Virus record (IMG/VR): IMGVR_UViG_3300031802_000399
Location: 1-34,377 of that record
DNA length: 34,377 bases
Origin: a virus
Taxonomy: Duplodnaviria; Caudoviricetes
Direction: 5' to 3' (one strand)
Notes under the pieces: model-generated
Database searches by the model: none
What the model was told of the DNA's origin: nothing
Seen by the model: only the letters and a program-made list of their open reading frames with translations
Part shown: piece by piece, positions 16,992 through 26,385 of the stretch
How the letters are laid out: the number at the start of each line of letters is the position of its first letter
Position numbering within the stretch: position 1 is the stretch's first letter
Position numbers and translations under genes: made by a program

Positions 16992-18171
16992 TTAATATAT
17001 CTGTCAATCGCTGCGATTGCTGCTGATGAAATTCTGTATATAACCAATGGTTATTACGCTCACATTGTTGGTGTATTTGTTCTATTAATGCCGGAGTTTT
17101 AGGTAAACTGATTGCTTCTTTTAAACTATCAACAGCCATTTCAATTCTATTACACATAAATGGTTCTTCATCATATTCCTCTCCGAATAACCAATCCCAA
17201 GTTTCAAATCCCCAATCACGTAATTGTTTAACCATACCGGGTTGTCCTATCCATATTGCAGGACATTTATAGAAAAATGCTTTGTATGCGGCTTCGCTGA
17301 TAAAACAACCATTACCTTCTGCCTGTGTTTCTGTTATAACACTCATGAATGTTGTATTATAATAAGGTATACTACTTAATGTTGTATCTATTTCTGCACA
17401 GTTATTATTATCATGATCAAGTACATCCAATGTCCATGGTAATGAAGCTACAATACTTTCTAACGTATTCCGTTCGTTATCTATATTAATATCATATGAT
17501 GCTAAAAATTTTTGATTTATTGTTAATCGTTCACTCCAGTCTTTTACTTTATCCATAAAAGTCCAACCCCCAACTTTATTTGGTATAGAACAATACCCAT
17601 ATTCTATTAAATTTTTTTGTAATAATTTACTAGTAAAATACATTCTACCCGGTTTCATAAAACGTTGAAAACATAAAAATTCTTTTTCAAATTGTCTTTG
17701 ATTATAAGGAATTATATCTATCTGTTTATTTGTTACTTGGTCTACTAATTCATGACTATAACAACTAAAACCATATGTTTGTATTTTAGAATTTATTCGC
17801 TTATTAATTGAAACATCACCTGTTATCCATACTACATTTTTATATGGTATATGTTGAGCATCACACCAATTTTCTAGCATAGTATGTATATTTTGTGTTT
17901 CATAAAAAGAGTATTCTTCTTCAATACTCCAACTTTCTTGAAACGTAGAAAATACAATAACACATTCATTATTACATGCTTGTTGTATTATTGTATCATC
18001 AATATATACATTTAGATTACCAGCATAAAATTCTTTCGAAGGACTTTTTGTAGGATCACTGAGTATTTCACACCAATGTATATGTTTATTAAATGTAGGA
18101 AATATGCTATAAAATTCAATTAATCGTTGTATAAGTTTATCATTATATATTGGATTAAAATCAATATCCAT
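16972..18171 (-). CDS. Putative GT-B-like glycosyltransferase / conserved phage protein
   Basis: The C-terminal SVITET…FISEAAYKA…P…G…LRDWGFET…EEYD resembles the nucleotide-sugar-binding half of GT10/GT47-like proteins. Confidence 0.5.
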   Translation of the reverse strand: MDIDFNPIYNDKLIQRLIEFYSIFPTFNKHIHWCEILSDPTKSPSKEFYAGNLNVYIDDTIIQQACNNECVIVFSTFQESWSIEEEYSFYETQNIHTMLENWCDAQHIPYKNVVWITGDVSINKRINSKIQTYGFSCYSHELVDQVTNKQIDIIPYNQRQFEKEFLCFQRFMKPGRMYFTSKLLQKNLIEYGYCSIPNKVGGWTFMDKVKDWSERLTINQKFLASYDINIDNERNTLESIVASLPWTLDVLDHDNNNCAEIDTTLSSIPYYNTTFMSVITETQAEGNGCFISEAAYKAFFYKCPAIWIGQPGMVKQLRDWGFETWDWLFGEEYDEEPFMCNRIEMAVDSLKEAISLPKTPALIEQIHQQCERNNHWLYTEFHQQQSQRLTDILINIQRQ

Positions 18172-19489
18172 ATTTTTTCCAAATTAAATCAAGCTCTGGA
18201 AATATAGTAGGAGTATGTTCTTCACGGATGCCATCTAATTTAATAGTTTGATCTACCATTCTATATAATTTTTCTTCCGGCATTTGTTCACTCATCATGA
18301 AATTTATTGTATTTGCTACAGTGTCTTTAAATTTACCAGGAAACATTGATGTTCTATTTTCTACCCATTCTACATGTTTCTCTAATTTTTCTTTTGCTTG
18401 TTCTTTGAATTCAAGTGGTAATGCTTTTATATTATAATAATCTGGATTTACAAGTATATTAAAAAACATAAGTTCAGGCTTTACGTAACCTTTTTCAACC
18501 CAATCTTTATGTAAATCAGTTATTGTTAAAATATTTAATATTTGTACAGTAGGTGATACTTCAAAATGTACATTGGGTGCTTCTTTAGCTAAACGTTCTA
18601 CATTTCTTTCAATTGTTTTCCACACTGTATCCTTACGAATAAGTTCTGCTCTAGCATCACTTGCATCTATACTGGCTGCAACATGGACATTTCTAAATTT
18701 TTTCCACATGCTAATTACATCCATATCTTTATAATGCATTTGCATAAAATTTGTATTATATCTAATGTAAACATTATATAATTCTAATTCATCTAATCGT
18801 TTTAAAATTCTATAATGCTCTTCCATAATAAGAGGTTCCCCTCCTGCAAAATAAAATTCTTTAACATAAGGAATATATTCATCTAGTCTATCTAGTAGAG
18901 CAGTACTATCTTCAACACCATGAATGATTGCTATATCTTGATTTGGAGGGAAAGCACCATAATGATAATCCTTATATTTTTCTCGCATTGCTTTTGCATC
19001 TGCAAACCATCGCGAACTAGAAAAATGCCCACACATCCTACAACGCATATTACATATATTTGAAAAACGAATATCCCAATATATTGGTTTAGAATCTAAA
19101 CTGGTACCGTCTTCTTCTGTATTAAGAATATACTCTTTTGCATTATGATGATGTTTTCTAAGTTCAGCATATCTGAGACTCCAATTTCCAGTTTGTTCTT
19201 TTTCATAACAAACTTTACATCTTGCATCAGGTTTATCATTTAACATTTTTACTCTGAACTGGCGCATTTCCTTACCATTCCAAATTTCATCAAACGAATT
19301 TTTATTAATATTACCAAGCGGAGTTTCACCCCATTCGCTTATGCAACAAGGTAATACATCTCCTATTGCCGCTACATGTAAATGAACCCATGGTAAAGGA
19401 CAATAACAACTTGTTTCATTTTTAAGTTGTTCTATTGTTGCACCTTCTTCTATTTTTTGTTGTATAATAGATTTTTTAATATCTGACAT
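18161..19489 (-). CDS. Radical SAM protein with N-terminal twitch/SPASM domain
   Basis: CPLPW…GDVLPCC…LGNI…CKVC, then CNMRCRMC, FAGGEPL and YNTN. Confidence 0.92.
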   Translation of the reverse strand: MSDIKKSIIQQKIEEGATIEQLKNETSCYCPLPWVHLHVAAIGDVLPCCISEWGETPLGNINKNSFDEIWNGKEMRQFRVKMLNDKPDARCKVCYEKEQTGNWSLRYAELRKHHHNAKEYILNTEEDGTSLDSKPIYWDIRFSNICNMRCRMCGHFSSSRWFADAKAMREKYKDYHYGAFPPNQDIAIIHGVEDSTALLDRLDEYIPYVKEFYFAGGEPLIMEEHYRILKRLDELELYNVYIRYNTNFMQMHYKDMDVISMWKKFRNVHVAASIDASDARAELIRKDTVWKTIERNVERLAKEAPNVHFEVSPTVQILNILTITDLHKDWVEKGYVKPELMFFNILVNPDYYNIKALPLEFKEQAKEKLEKHVEWVENRTSMFPGKFKDTVANTINFMMSEQMPEEKLYRMVDQTIKLDGIREEHTPTIFPELDLIWKKYGY

Positions 19490-21077
19490 TATTAAATTCC
19501 GTTTTACATTGGTTATAAAAATCTTCTAGTTCTGGAAATGTTTTAACAAAATTAGTATTTCGTCTCTTATCCATTTCTGATATATATTTAAAACAATTAA
19601 TTTTCATGCTTTGTATTTTAGTAAAGTTATCATTAACTATATCATCATGATATTTGTCATTTACAAAAACAGCTGCATCACATACTCTTCCCATTTTTTC
19701 TGCTTCATAATCATAAAAATTTTTATTATTTCTACTTTGGATTCCATCTGATAAAGAAATATTTTCAAGCATAAACTCATAACAGCTCCATAGTTTAGGC
19801 ATTGTCCAAACTTTATCAGGCACACCAACAGATAAGAAAGGAGGAAATTCTAGACATGCTATATCTATATGTAATTGACAGGGTTTCTCTGCTATAACAA
19901 ATTTAGTAGCATGTTGCCAACCAGACATTGGATCATATGATGTTCGTCGCGATAACTCATCTTTTCTAGCAAAGTCTATATTGTTAGTACGAAAAAAGTC
20001 TTTATATATATCATATCTATTTTCATTTCGTGTATTATATTTTTGTTTAATTAATAATATTTCTTTTAGGAACTTATCAAATTTGGGAATACTCATCCAA
20101 GTAAATGTTGTCATTATACTAACATAAACAGTAGGATGATTTTCGATCAAGTATATTAACCTTTCCCAAAACATATTAAATTGTAGTCCTGTACGAATAT
20201 ATTCTGCTTGTTCGCCCCATGTATCCATACTTGCAAATATAGTAAATTTTTTAACACAAGGATTATCTTCATTGTGTTTAATAAAATCTATAAGTTTTTT
20301 CCATGCTTCTTCCGGTGCGTTTAAATTTGTATTAATAGAAAAGTCTAGATCTTTAATAGGATTACATTTAAGTTCTTCAAATAGTTTAAAAGTATCACGG
20401 CACATTAAAGGTTCACCACCTGTTACTCTTAAATATTTGAGCGTCTTTCTAAGTTCGAACCACCACTTCCAAAATGCTTCTACATAAGGATTATGTTCAC
20501 GATGAGGAATAGGTAATTGATCTGTTTTCTTTAACCAATCTATATCATGATAACTCCATTTAGCAAAAGAATAATCATCCCATAAATGTATCTTATTGTG
20601 TTCTTCTTGTTCTTGTACCCACTTGGAACTGAAATGCGGACCACAATATAAACATTTAAAGTTACATGCATTCGAAAAACTAACTTCTACATAACTAGGA
20701 TTAAATTTTTCTCCCACCCCTGCATCTTTAATTATATCAAATCTATTTGCAAATAGATTAGCACTTTTTAACATTCTATCACTAACAGCTTCTTTATTAG
20801 ATTCTACTTTCCAACAATAATTACACCCTGCAGGTAAACCACCATGTAACATTTCGTCACGTTGTTTTTGTTTTTCTAATGTATTATGAATTGCTCTGTG
20901 ATCTTTTTTTAGTTCCTCTAGAGGTATTTTATGCGGCTCCGGATGATGACAACTATGTGTCATTCCGTTATGAAGATGCAATGTGACTTGATCCCATTTT
21001 GCAAGACAGAATCCGGGGCCTACTTCATTGAGTCGCTCCCTCATTTTATTTGCGTTTGATATTTGTTGATTAGCCAT
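19476..21077 (-). CDS. Radical SAM protein with N-terminal twitch-like domain
   Basis: FCLAKW…SCHH…CNYCW, then CNFKCLYC, TGGEPL and INTNL. Confidence 0.92.
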   Translation of the reverse strand: MANQQISNANKMRERLNEVGPGFCLAKWDQVTLHLHNGMTHSCHHPEPHKIPLEELKKDHRAIHNTLEKQKQRDEMLHGGLPAGCNYCWKVESNKEAVSDRMLKSANLFANRFDIIKDAGVGEKFNPSYVEVSFSNACNFKCLYCGPHFSSKWVQEQEEHNKIHLWDDYSFAKWSYHDIDWLKKTDQLPIPHREHNPYVEAFWKWWFELRKTLKYLRVTGGEPLMCRDTFKLFEELKCNPIKDLDFSINTNLNAPEEAWKKLIDFIKHNEDNPCVKKFTIFASMDTWGEQAEYIRTGLQFNMFWERLIYLIENHPTVYVSIMTTFTWMSIPKFDKFLKEILLIKQKYNTRNENRYDIYKDFFRTNNIDFARKDELSRRTSYDPMSGWQHATKFVIAEKPCQLHIDIACLEFPPFLSVGVPDKVWTMPKLWSCYEFMLENISLSDGIQSRNNKNFYDYEAEKMGRVCDAAVFVNDKYHDDIVNDNFTKIQSMKINCFKYISEMDKRRNTNFVKTFPELEDFYNQCKTEFNNVRY

Positions 21078-22224
21078 GATAAGGTGTTAAATTTCCCAAT
21101 GATACTTTAGGATGATTAAATAATTCATGCTTTAATGTATTTAAAAACTCTTTGTGTTCGGGATGAGTATTTTTCCATATACATTGTTGTTCATATTCTT
21201 CGGGCGACCATGTTCCCCAATCTGTAACTAAACTAAAATTAATAGTAGCTACATTATTATATCTATTTGTAATTAATTCGATATATGTAGGCATTTCTTT
21301 ATAGTTTGTTACCTGTACAACAAAATCATAATGTATATCAAATTTATTATAATCATTGTGCTTATCATTTAAAAAGTCACAATTTTCTAATAATAAATCC
21401 CAATTACCGCCTAAACGAGTTTTGTTTTCGTATGTATCTTTAGTACCTGCATCAAACGATATTCTACATGCTCTTAATTGATTTTGAATTTTGTGTAATT
21501 TATTCCACATTTTAGGAGTAAACATAACTCCGTTTGTTTGAAGATTAATTTTTAAATTAGGAAATTTAGTACCATCTATATTATATAACATATCCCTATA
21601 TATTTTACTAGCAAACGGATCCCCACTTCCGGTAACATATATATTAAAGTTTCTATCGGTTGGTTCTATCAAAAATGCTTCAACTACTTTATCATTAACA
21701 AACTTTCGTTGTTCATACATTGCGCCTTCAGTTAACAATATTTTTCCTACTCTGCAACTAGGGCATTGAAGATTACAACTTTCATCGTTGGCAAAATTAA
21801 TACGTGTGGGTAATTCACTTGCAATAACAGATAAATTTTTATCCTGATCTGCTAAAAAAGGTAATTTATCTTCTGCTATTTCTGGACAAAAATGATGTTG
21901 ACAATATTGCCATGTACCATCAAATACTTGTTGACGGATTGCTTGTGCTTTTGGACCATTCCACATTTCTTTAATGCTTTGTTCGCGAAGATTTCCTATA
22001 AAATAAGGCAACCAACTAGGGCAACAAAGCCAACATTTCCCCCACATGTCTACTTCTAACCAGTCCCACATTTTAGAACAATAGCGACCTTCTAGATTTT
22101 TTTTAGAATCTCTGGCACCTTCTGTATCTTTAATCCATACATCACCAAATATAGGATCAATTTGGTGACCTTTCGCTTGCTGTGTAAAGGGTCGTCTAAC
22201 TGCGGCGTTTATTTTTTTATCCAT
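21070..22224 (-). CDS. Radical SAM protein with N-terminal SPASM-like domain
   Basis: YCSKMW…LCCPSW…IGNL…YCQHHFCP, then CNLQCPSC, GSGDPF and QTNG. Confidence 0.92.
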   Translation of the reverse strand: MDKKINAAVRRPFTQQAKGHQIDPIFGDVWIKDTEGARDSKKNLEGRYCSKMWDWLEVDMWGKCWLCCPSWLPYFIGNLREQSIKEMWNGPKAQAIRQQVFDGTWQYCQHHFCPEIAEDKLPFLADQDKNLSVIASELPTRINFANDESCNLQCPSCRVGKILLTEGAMYEQRKFVNDKVVEAFLIEPTDRNFNIYVTGSGDPFASKIYRDMLYNIDGTKFPNLKINLQTNGVMFTPKMWNKLHKIQNQLRACRISFDAGTKDTYENKTRLGGNWDLLLENCDFLNDKHNDYNKFDIHYDFVVQVTNYKEMPTYIELITNRYNNVATINFSLVTDWGTWSPEEYEQQCIWKNTHPEHKEFLNTLKHELFNHPKVSLGNLTPYHG

Positions 22225-22232
22225 TTATCTAT

Positions 22233-23231
22233 TTAACCTTCAAGATCTATTGGATCACCTATATACTGTTCTACATCACTTTCTCTTACCATTGCACCCA
22301 ACCTACTAGGATTAACATATGTTGCTTTAAAAAATCTACTACCTACTTCGTCTAAATCTGCAATTTCTAAATCTATTTCGCGACGCAATTCTAATCCAAG
22401 TTTTTTTGTTTCGGATAATAAAAGTTGCCTATTCCATCGGTAACCTGTTTTAGCACAGATATCATCACCGCCTTCAAATTTATTATTGATATTATCTTTC
22501 CAAAATTGTGTAATCCATTCGAAGTCACGTACATTAGTCCATTCCCAAGTTTCACGCGACACGTTAACCATATGACAACCTAACCGTGCTCCATATACTG
22601 CCCATAATCCATTTAATACATCTGCACCAACTGTACACCATATTAATAATCTATTATAATTTCCTCTATGGATGTGTTTTAATCGTTCTCTACTTACAGG
22701 TGCCCCATCTATTAAACTCATTTTAACACCTTCTCTAAAACCTGCCCTAAATGATTGATAAGGGGAAGCATTATTCATAACTTGAGAGTATATATTATTC
22801 ATTTGAATATAATGTATGTCCCAACAAAAATCAACTTGACTACTAGGACTATCTTCAGGAGCAGCTTCATGTGTTCGCATTTGTTCTACTACTTTTATCG
22901 GCCATGATTTAATTCCACCATTGCCATATACTAAACTGTTTACTTCATTACGTCCTGCCCATGATATTACATCTAGTTCTGATATTTTGTCAGTATCTAT
23001 TTCTATACTAAAAAAGTCTGGATCTACTATATTGTCTGCATCTATACCTACAAAACGTTCTGTTTCTGATAAGGCTGCCGCGGCTTTATGTGCCGCATCG
23101 CTCCCCCATACACCATGTGAACGTTTTGCCCACGGGCATTTATCTAATAAGTCTGCATAGTTTTCTTCTGCGTTTGGTTCATCATATGAAATATATACTA
23201 CATCAAATTCAGTTATTGGTATTTTCGACAT
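22233..23231 (-). CDS. Putative GT-A glycosyltransferase (paralog of 8993-9727)
   Basis: FDVVYISY, IDAD, NSLVYGNGGIKS, GFREGVKM and WCTVGAD. Confidence 0.7.
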   Translation of the reverse strand: MSKIPITEFDVVYISYDEPNAEENYADLLDKCPWAKRSHGVWGSDAAHKAAAALSETERFVGIDADNIVDPDFFSIEIDTDKISELDVISWAGRNEVNSLVYGNGGIKSWPIKVVEQMRTHEAAPEDSPSSQVDFCWDIHYIQMNNIYSQVMNNASPYQSFRAGFREGVKMSLIDGAPVSRERLKHIHRGNYNRLLIWCTVGADVLNGLWAVYGARLGCHMVNVSRETWEWTNVRDFEWITQFWKDNINNKFEGGDDICAKTGYRWNRQLLLSETKKLGLELRREIDLEIADLDEVGSRFFKATYVNPSRLGAMVRESDVEQYIGDPIDLEG

Positions 23232-24231
23232 TATTGTCCTCTCCTCTAAATGTTATCTTAATTCTACTGCCGTCATATAAAAGCATTTTATTTTTTAAAC
23301 TTATAAATCCTTGTAAGTCAAAAATTCTATGTTTCTTTGGAATTAAATCCTTCCAATCAAAACTTAATGCTCCATCATAATAATCCGGATCTTCTTCATC
23401 ACATATATAAAATTTAAGTTGTTTTTCATATTGTGCTACTTGTTGTGTGTTTACTATATGACTAATAACTTCTAAATTATTATCTTCATGTTGAATTAAA
23501 TCTATATGAGAAGTTTCGTCTTGTGTAAATTCTTTAACCATGTTAAGTCTTCCTAATTTATTCTTGTAATAATCTGTTTCTACAAATTTATCTTTAATAA
23601 TTAAACTATAATCTCGAAAATGTCGTTTGATACAAATATCCATGTTGGACGGGTCAAATTTTGAAAAGCTAGGTATAAGCAATGACCCTTCATCAAATAT
23701 ATCTGCTAAAGGAAATACAAATCTTGCTTCTAATTTGTCAGGATCTTTTTTGTCTACCAGATAGATTATAAATTGCTCTTCAAATGCTAATTTAAATTGA
23801 TTACGCCATAATGTATTATTATAGTTTCCTAATACAACTGCATTAAATTGTATTTCGAGTAATTGACTCTCTTTATAAAAAATAAAGGTAATGCCTTTGG
23901 AATCATTGTTTCGTGGTATTTTATATAAATTAGCATCACGTTTAACAAAATTAATTAAGTTAGTTTTTTTAACTAGTTTTAATTCATTTGCTTCATAATC
24001 TTTATAACCTATTGCATATTTGGTATCAGATAATATTCCTTTAATAATATCCTTTGCTAATCCTGTATCATCGATTATATAAGGATCTGTATTATAGTCT
24101 TGTAATTGTGTTGTAACACAAGAGATGCTTCCATTAAACTCATCATAATATACTAAAAAATCTTTCTCTTTAGTTTTTTTAGGTACGAGTTTAATTACTC
24201 CTTGTGAATTTATCGAGTTCGTCATATTCAA
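23209..24231 (-). CDS. Hypothetical protein
   Basis: 340-aa ORF overlapping both neighbours in the operon. It may carry an internal duplication (IYLVDKKDPD / FYICDEEDPD). Confidence 0.75.
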   Translation of the reverse strand: MNMTNSINSQGVIKLVPKKTKEKDFLVYYDEFNGSISCVTTQLQDYNTDPYIIDDTGLAKDIIKGILSDTKYAIGYKDYEANELKLVKKTNLINFVKRDANLYKIPRNNDSKGITFIFYKESQLLEIQFNAVVLGNYNNTLWRNQFKLAFEEQFIIYLVDKKDPDKLEARFVFPLADIFDEGSLLIPSFSKFDPSNMDICIKRHFRDYSLIIKDKFVETDYYKNKLGRLNMVKEFTQDETSHIDLIQHEDNNLEVISHIVNTQQVAQYEKQLKFYICDEEDPDYYDGALSFDWKDLIPKKHRIFDLQGFISLKNKMLLYDGSRIKITFRGEDNNVENTNN

Positions 24232-25063
24232 ATGCTTTATTACCGTAATGAATTATACCGGTAACATTATAATTTTCTATTTTTAAATTACCTTCTTTAA
24301 TCCAATAATTTAAATCTTCGTGCCATAATTCTCCATTGGTTAGAGACAGGTCTGTGTATGTTAATATATTTGTATCTACTATTTCATCTGCTAAATCTAA
24401 ATTATCTATAGTTAGACTAAAAAGAAAATCCTTATCAAATTCTGCTGGTCGTTCATGTTCAAATTGATTATACGAATCTTCGTAATTGCGTAAATAAACT
24501 TCTAGCAAATTAAAAAATGGTTCTGTATCTTCTTCGGAAGAATCTAGTTCTATTCTTTCTCTACCTTCATAACGATATTCTTTTTTCTTATTAAAGTCCT
24601 TGTTGAAATACCAAATTGATGTTTCGAATTGTGGCAGACTATTTTTTTCTTGTATTTTTTGTTGTACTGAATGGCATACATTTCTGAAATCTTTTACAGT
24701 ATGTGGAAAAAGCATGTCGTGTCTTCTTGCAGCTTCAAAAAGACCATCCAATTTTGCTAATACTATTGTATCGGCATCTAGTACTAATGTATTTTCATAA
24801 GGTGTTGCATAATATAATTGATAAAGATTCTTCAATGTATTGTCATCTAGATGTCCTGCATCATCAAAAGGAAATTCAATTATATTATCATACAGTTCCT
24901 GTTGTCCTGATGGTACAAATAATTTATTTCTCGTAAATAAACTAATTGATATATCAGGATTATGTTGTTTAATTGTTTTTGCACAAATAGAAGCACTGTA
25001 TAAGTAATCACGTTTACTTGAATTACAATTATGTGCAAAAATTAAAATACCGGTATTAGCCAT
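24191..25063 (-). CDS. GT-A (GT8-like) glycosyltransferase
   Basis: GILIFA, TPYENTLVLDADT (DxD) and IIHY. Confidence 0.75.
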   Translation of the reverse strand: MANTGILIFAHNCNSSKRDYLYSASICAKTIKQHNPDISISLFTRNKLFVPSGQQELYDNIIEFPFDDAGHLDDNTLKNLYQLYYATPYENTLVLDADTIVLAKLDGLFEAARRHDMLFPHTVKDFRNVCHSVQQKIQEKNSLPQFETSIWYFNKDFNKKKEYRYEGRERIELDSSEEDTEPFFNLLEVYLRNYEDSYNQFEHERPAEFDKDFLFSLTIDNLDLADEIVDTNILTYTDLSLTNGELWHEDLNYWIKEGNLKIENYNVTGIIHYGNKAFEYDELDKFTRSN

Positions 25064-25973
25064 ATGTTTTTATAAATTTATCAGCATGTCGCTCTATTGC
25101 TTTTTTATTCATCAAATGTACATTTTCATTTGTACACTGTACTAATAAATCTCTCCAGTTTTCTTGTCTATTGTTAGATAAAAATAATAATTTATTTTTA
25201 CCTTGTACTTCAACCAAATCATCTTTTTGATCCATATAACGCATAAACTTACCTGGTAGAGTTTGTACTAAACTATCATTGTCCATCATTCCATTTAAAA
25301 TATGAATTGCTATTGATACTGCATAGTCTGTTCTATATAATGTACCAGGAAACCCATATCTAAATTTATAAAAGTCATAATTGTCTCTTATATGCCCCCA
25401 TAGATCGAAAAACAATTTACAAAAATCACTTTTATCAAAATACACAACAGTACTCCACCACATATCTATACCATGTGCTTGTAATCGTACTTCATCTGGA
25501 TGTGGTACTTTAAACTCTAAATTTAAAGCATGATCATACATACTTAACGGTGCATCTGTTTCAAATACTGCATCTAAATTAGAATTAGATATAAAGTAAT
25601 CTATATCTATTAATAATGTTCTATCAAATGGGGAATATTCAAATATCTTATGTTTATTATGATTTTTAAAAGGAGCACTAAATGTATACCACGGTGAATC
25701 ATGATGTACTCTTGTATTTTTAATATTTTCATCGATATTATCTATGATAATATAATTAAAGGCAGCATTTACTAACTTTTTATCTATTCCATGTTCTATA
25801 TATCCAGCAGTTCCTTGATCACATATTAACGCAACTTTATTATTTTTCATATTTGCTTTAACATGAAGAGCGGCAATAACTGCTAGTTTAGCATAATCTA
25901 TTTCCTTATTGTTGTATGCAAACATACATACACCATTTTTTATAGGTTTTTCTATTTTTCTTTTTGATCCCAT
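25056..25973 (-). CDS. GT-A (GT8-like) glycosyltransferase
   Basis: GVCMFAYN, SPFDRTLLIDID (DxD), RTDYAVSIA and VHLMNK. Related to the adjacent gene. Confidence 0.75.
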   Translation of the reverse strand: MGSKRKIEKPIKNGVCMFAYNNKEIDYAKLAVIAALHVKANMKNNKVALICDQGTAGYIEHGIDKKLVNAAFNYIIIDNIDENIKNTRVHHDSPWYTFSAPFKNHNKHKIFEYSPFDRTLLIDIDYFISNSNLDAVFETDAPLSMYDHALNLEFKVPHPDEVRLQAHGIDMWWSTVVYFDKSDFCKLFFDLWGHIRDNYDFYKFRYGFPGTLYRTDYAVSIAIHILNGMMDNDSLVQTLPGKFMRYMDQKDDLVEVQGKNKLLFLSNNRQENWRDLLVQCTNENVHLMNKKAIERHADKFIKTYG

Positions 25974-26314
25974 TCTATAATGGCCTTAATGTTTCTACTC
26001 TTTTTTAGGCGTTGATGTTCTGTATATAATTCATTACTTGCTTGATGATATGCTTCTAATAAATTATCTCTAAATTCTTTTAAATTTTCTATGTTAACAG
26101 GATTATTTTTACTATCACTAATAATTGCTGTTTCATTTTTTGTTTCTATTAATACCTGAACAAATGCAATTAAATCTCGTTCGGCATAAAATATCCCACC
26201 ATTAACTATTAGTTGTAATTGACTATTATATCTTTGTTTTACATTTTCTCTTTGAATATGTAATGTCTGCCGATAGTTTGCAAATTCCAGAGCCCGACGC
26301 AAGCGGTCTTCCAC
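25952..26314 (-). CDS. Conserved hypothetical protein, first gene of the glycosyltransferase/radical SAM operon
   Basis: GTG start with a GGAGGT RBS (26326-26321). A 120-aa, largely helical protein. Confidence 0.8.
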   Translation of the reverse strand: MEDRLRRALEFANYRQTLHIQRENVKQRYNSQLQLIVNGGIFYAERDLIAFVQVLIETKNETAIISDSKNNPVNIENLKEFRDNLLEAYHQASNELYTEHQRLKKSRNIKAIIEWDQKEK

Positions 26315-26346
26315 GATAATACCTCCATTGAAATGTGTATTACTAT

Positions 26347-26375
26347 ATTGTATATGGTTTTCTTAAATAAGTCAA
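26347..26375 (-). promoter_or_regulatory. Sigma70-type promoter
   Basis: TTGACT (26375-26370), 17-nt spacer, TACAAT (26352-26347), in the intergenic gap. Confidence 0.75.
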
Positions 26376-26385
26376 GAAAATTTAA

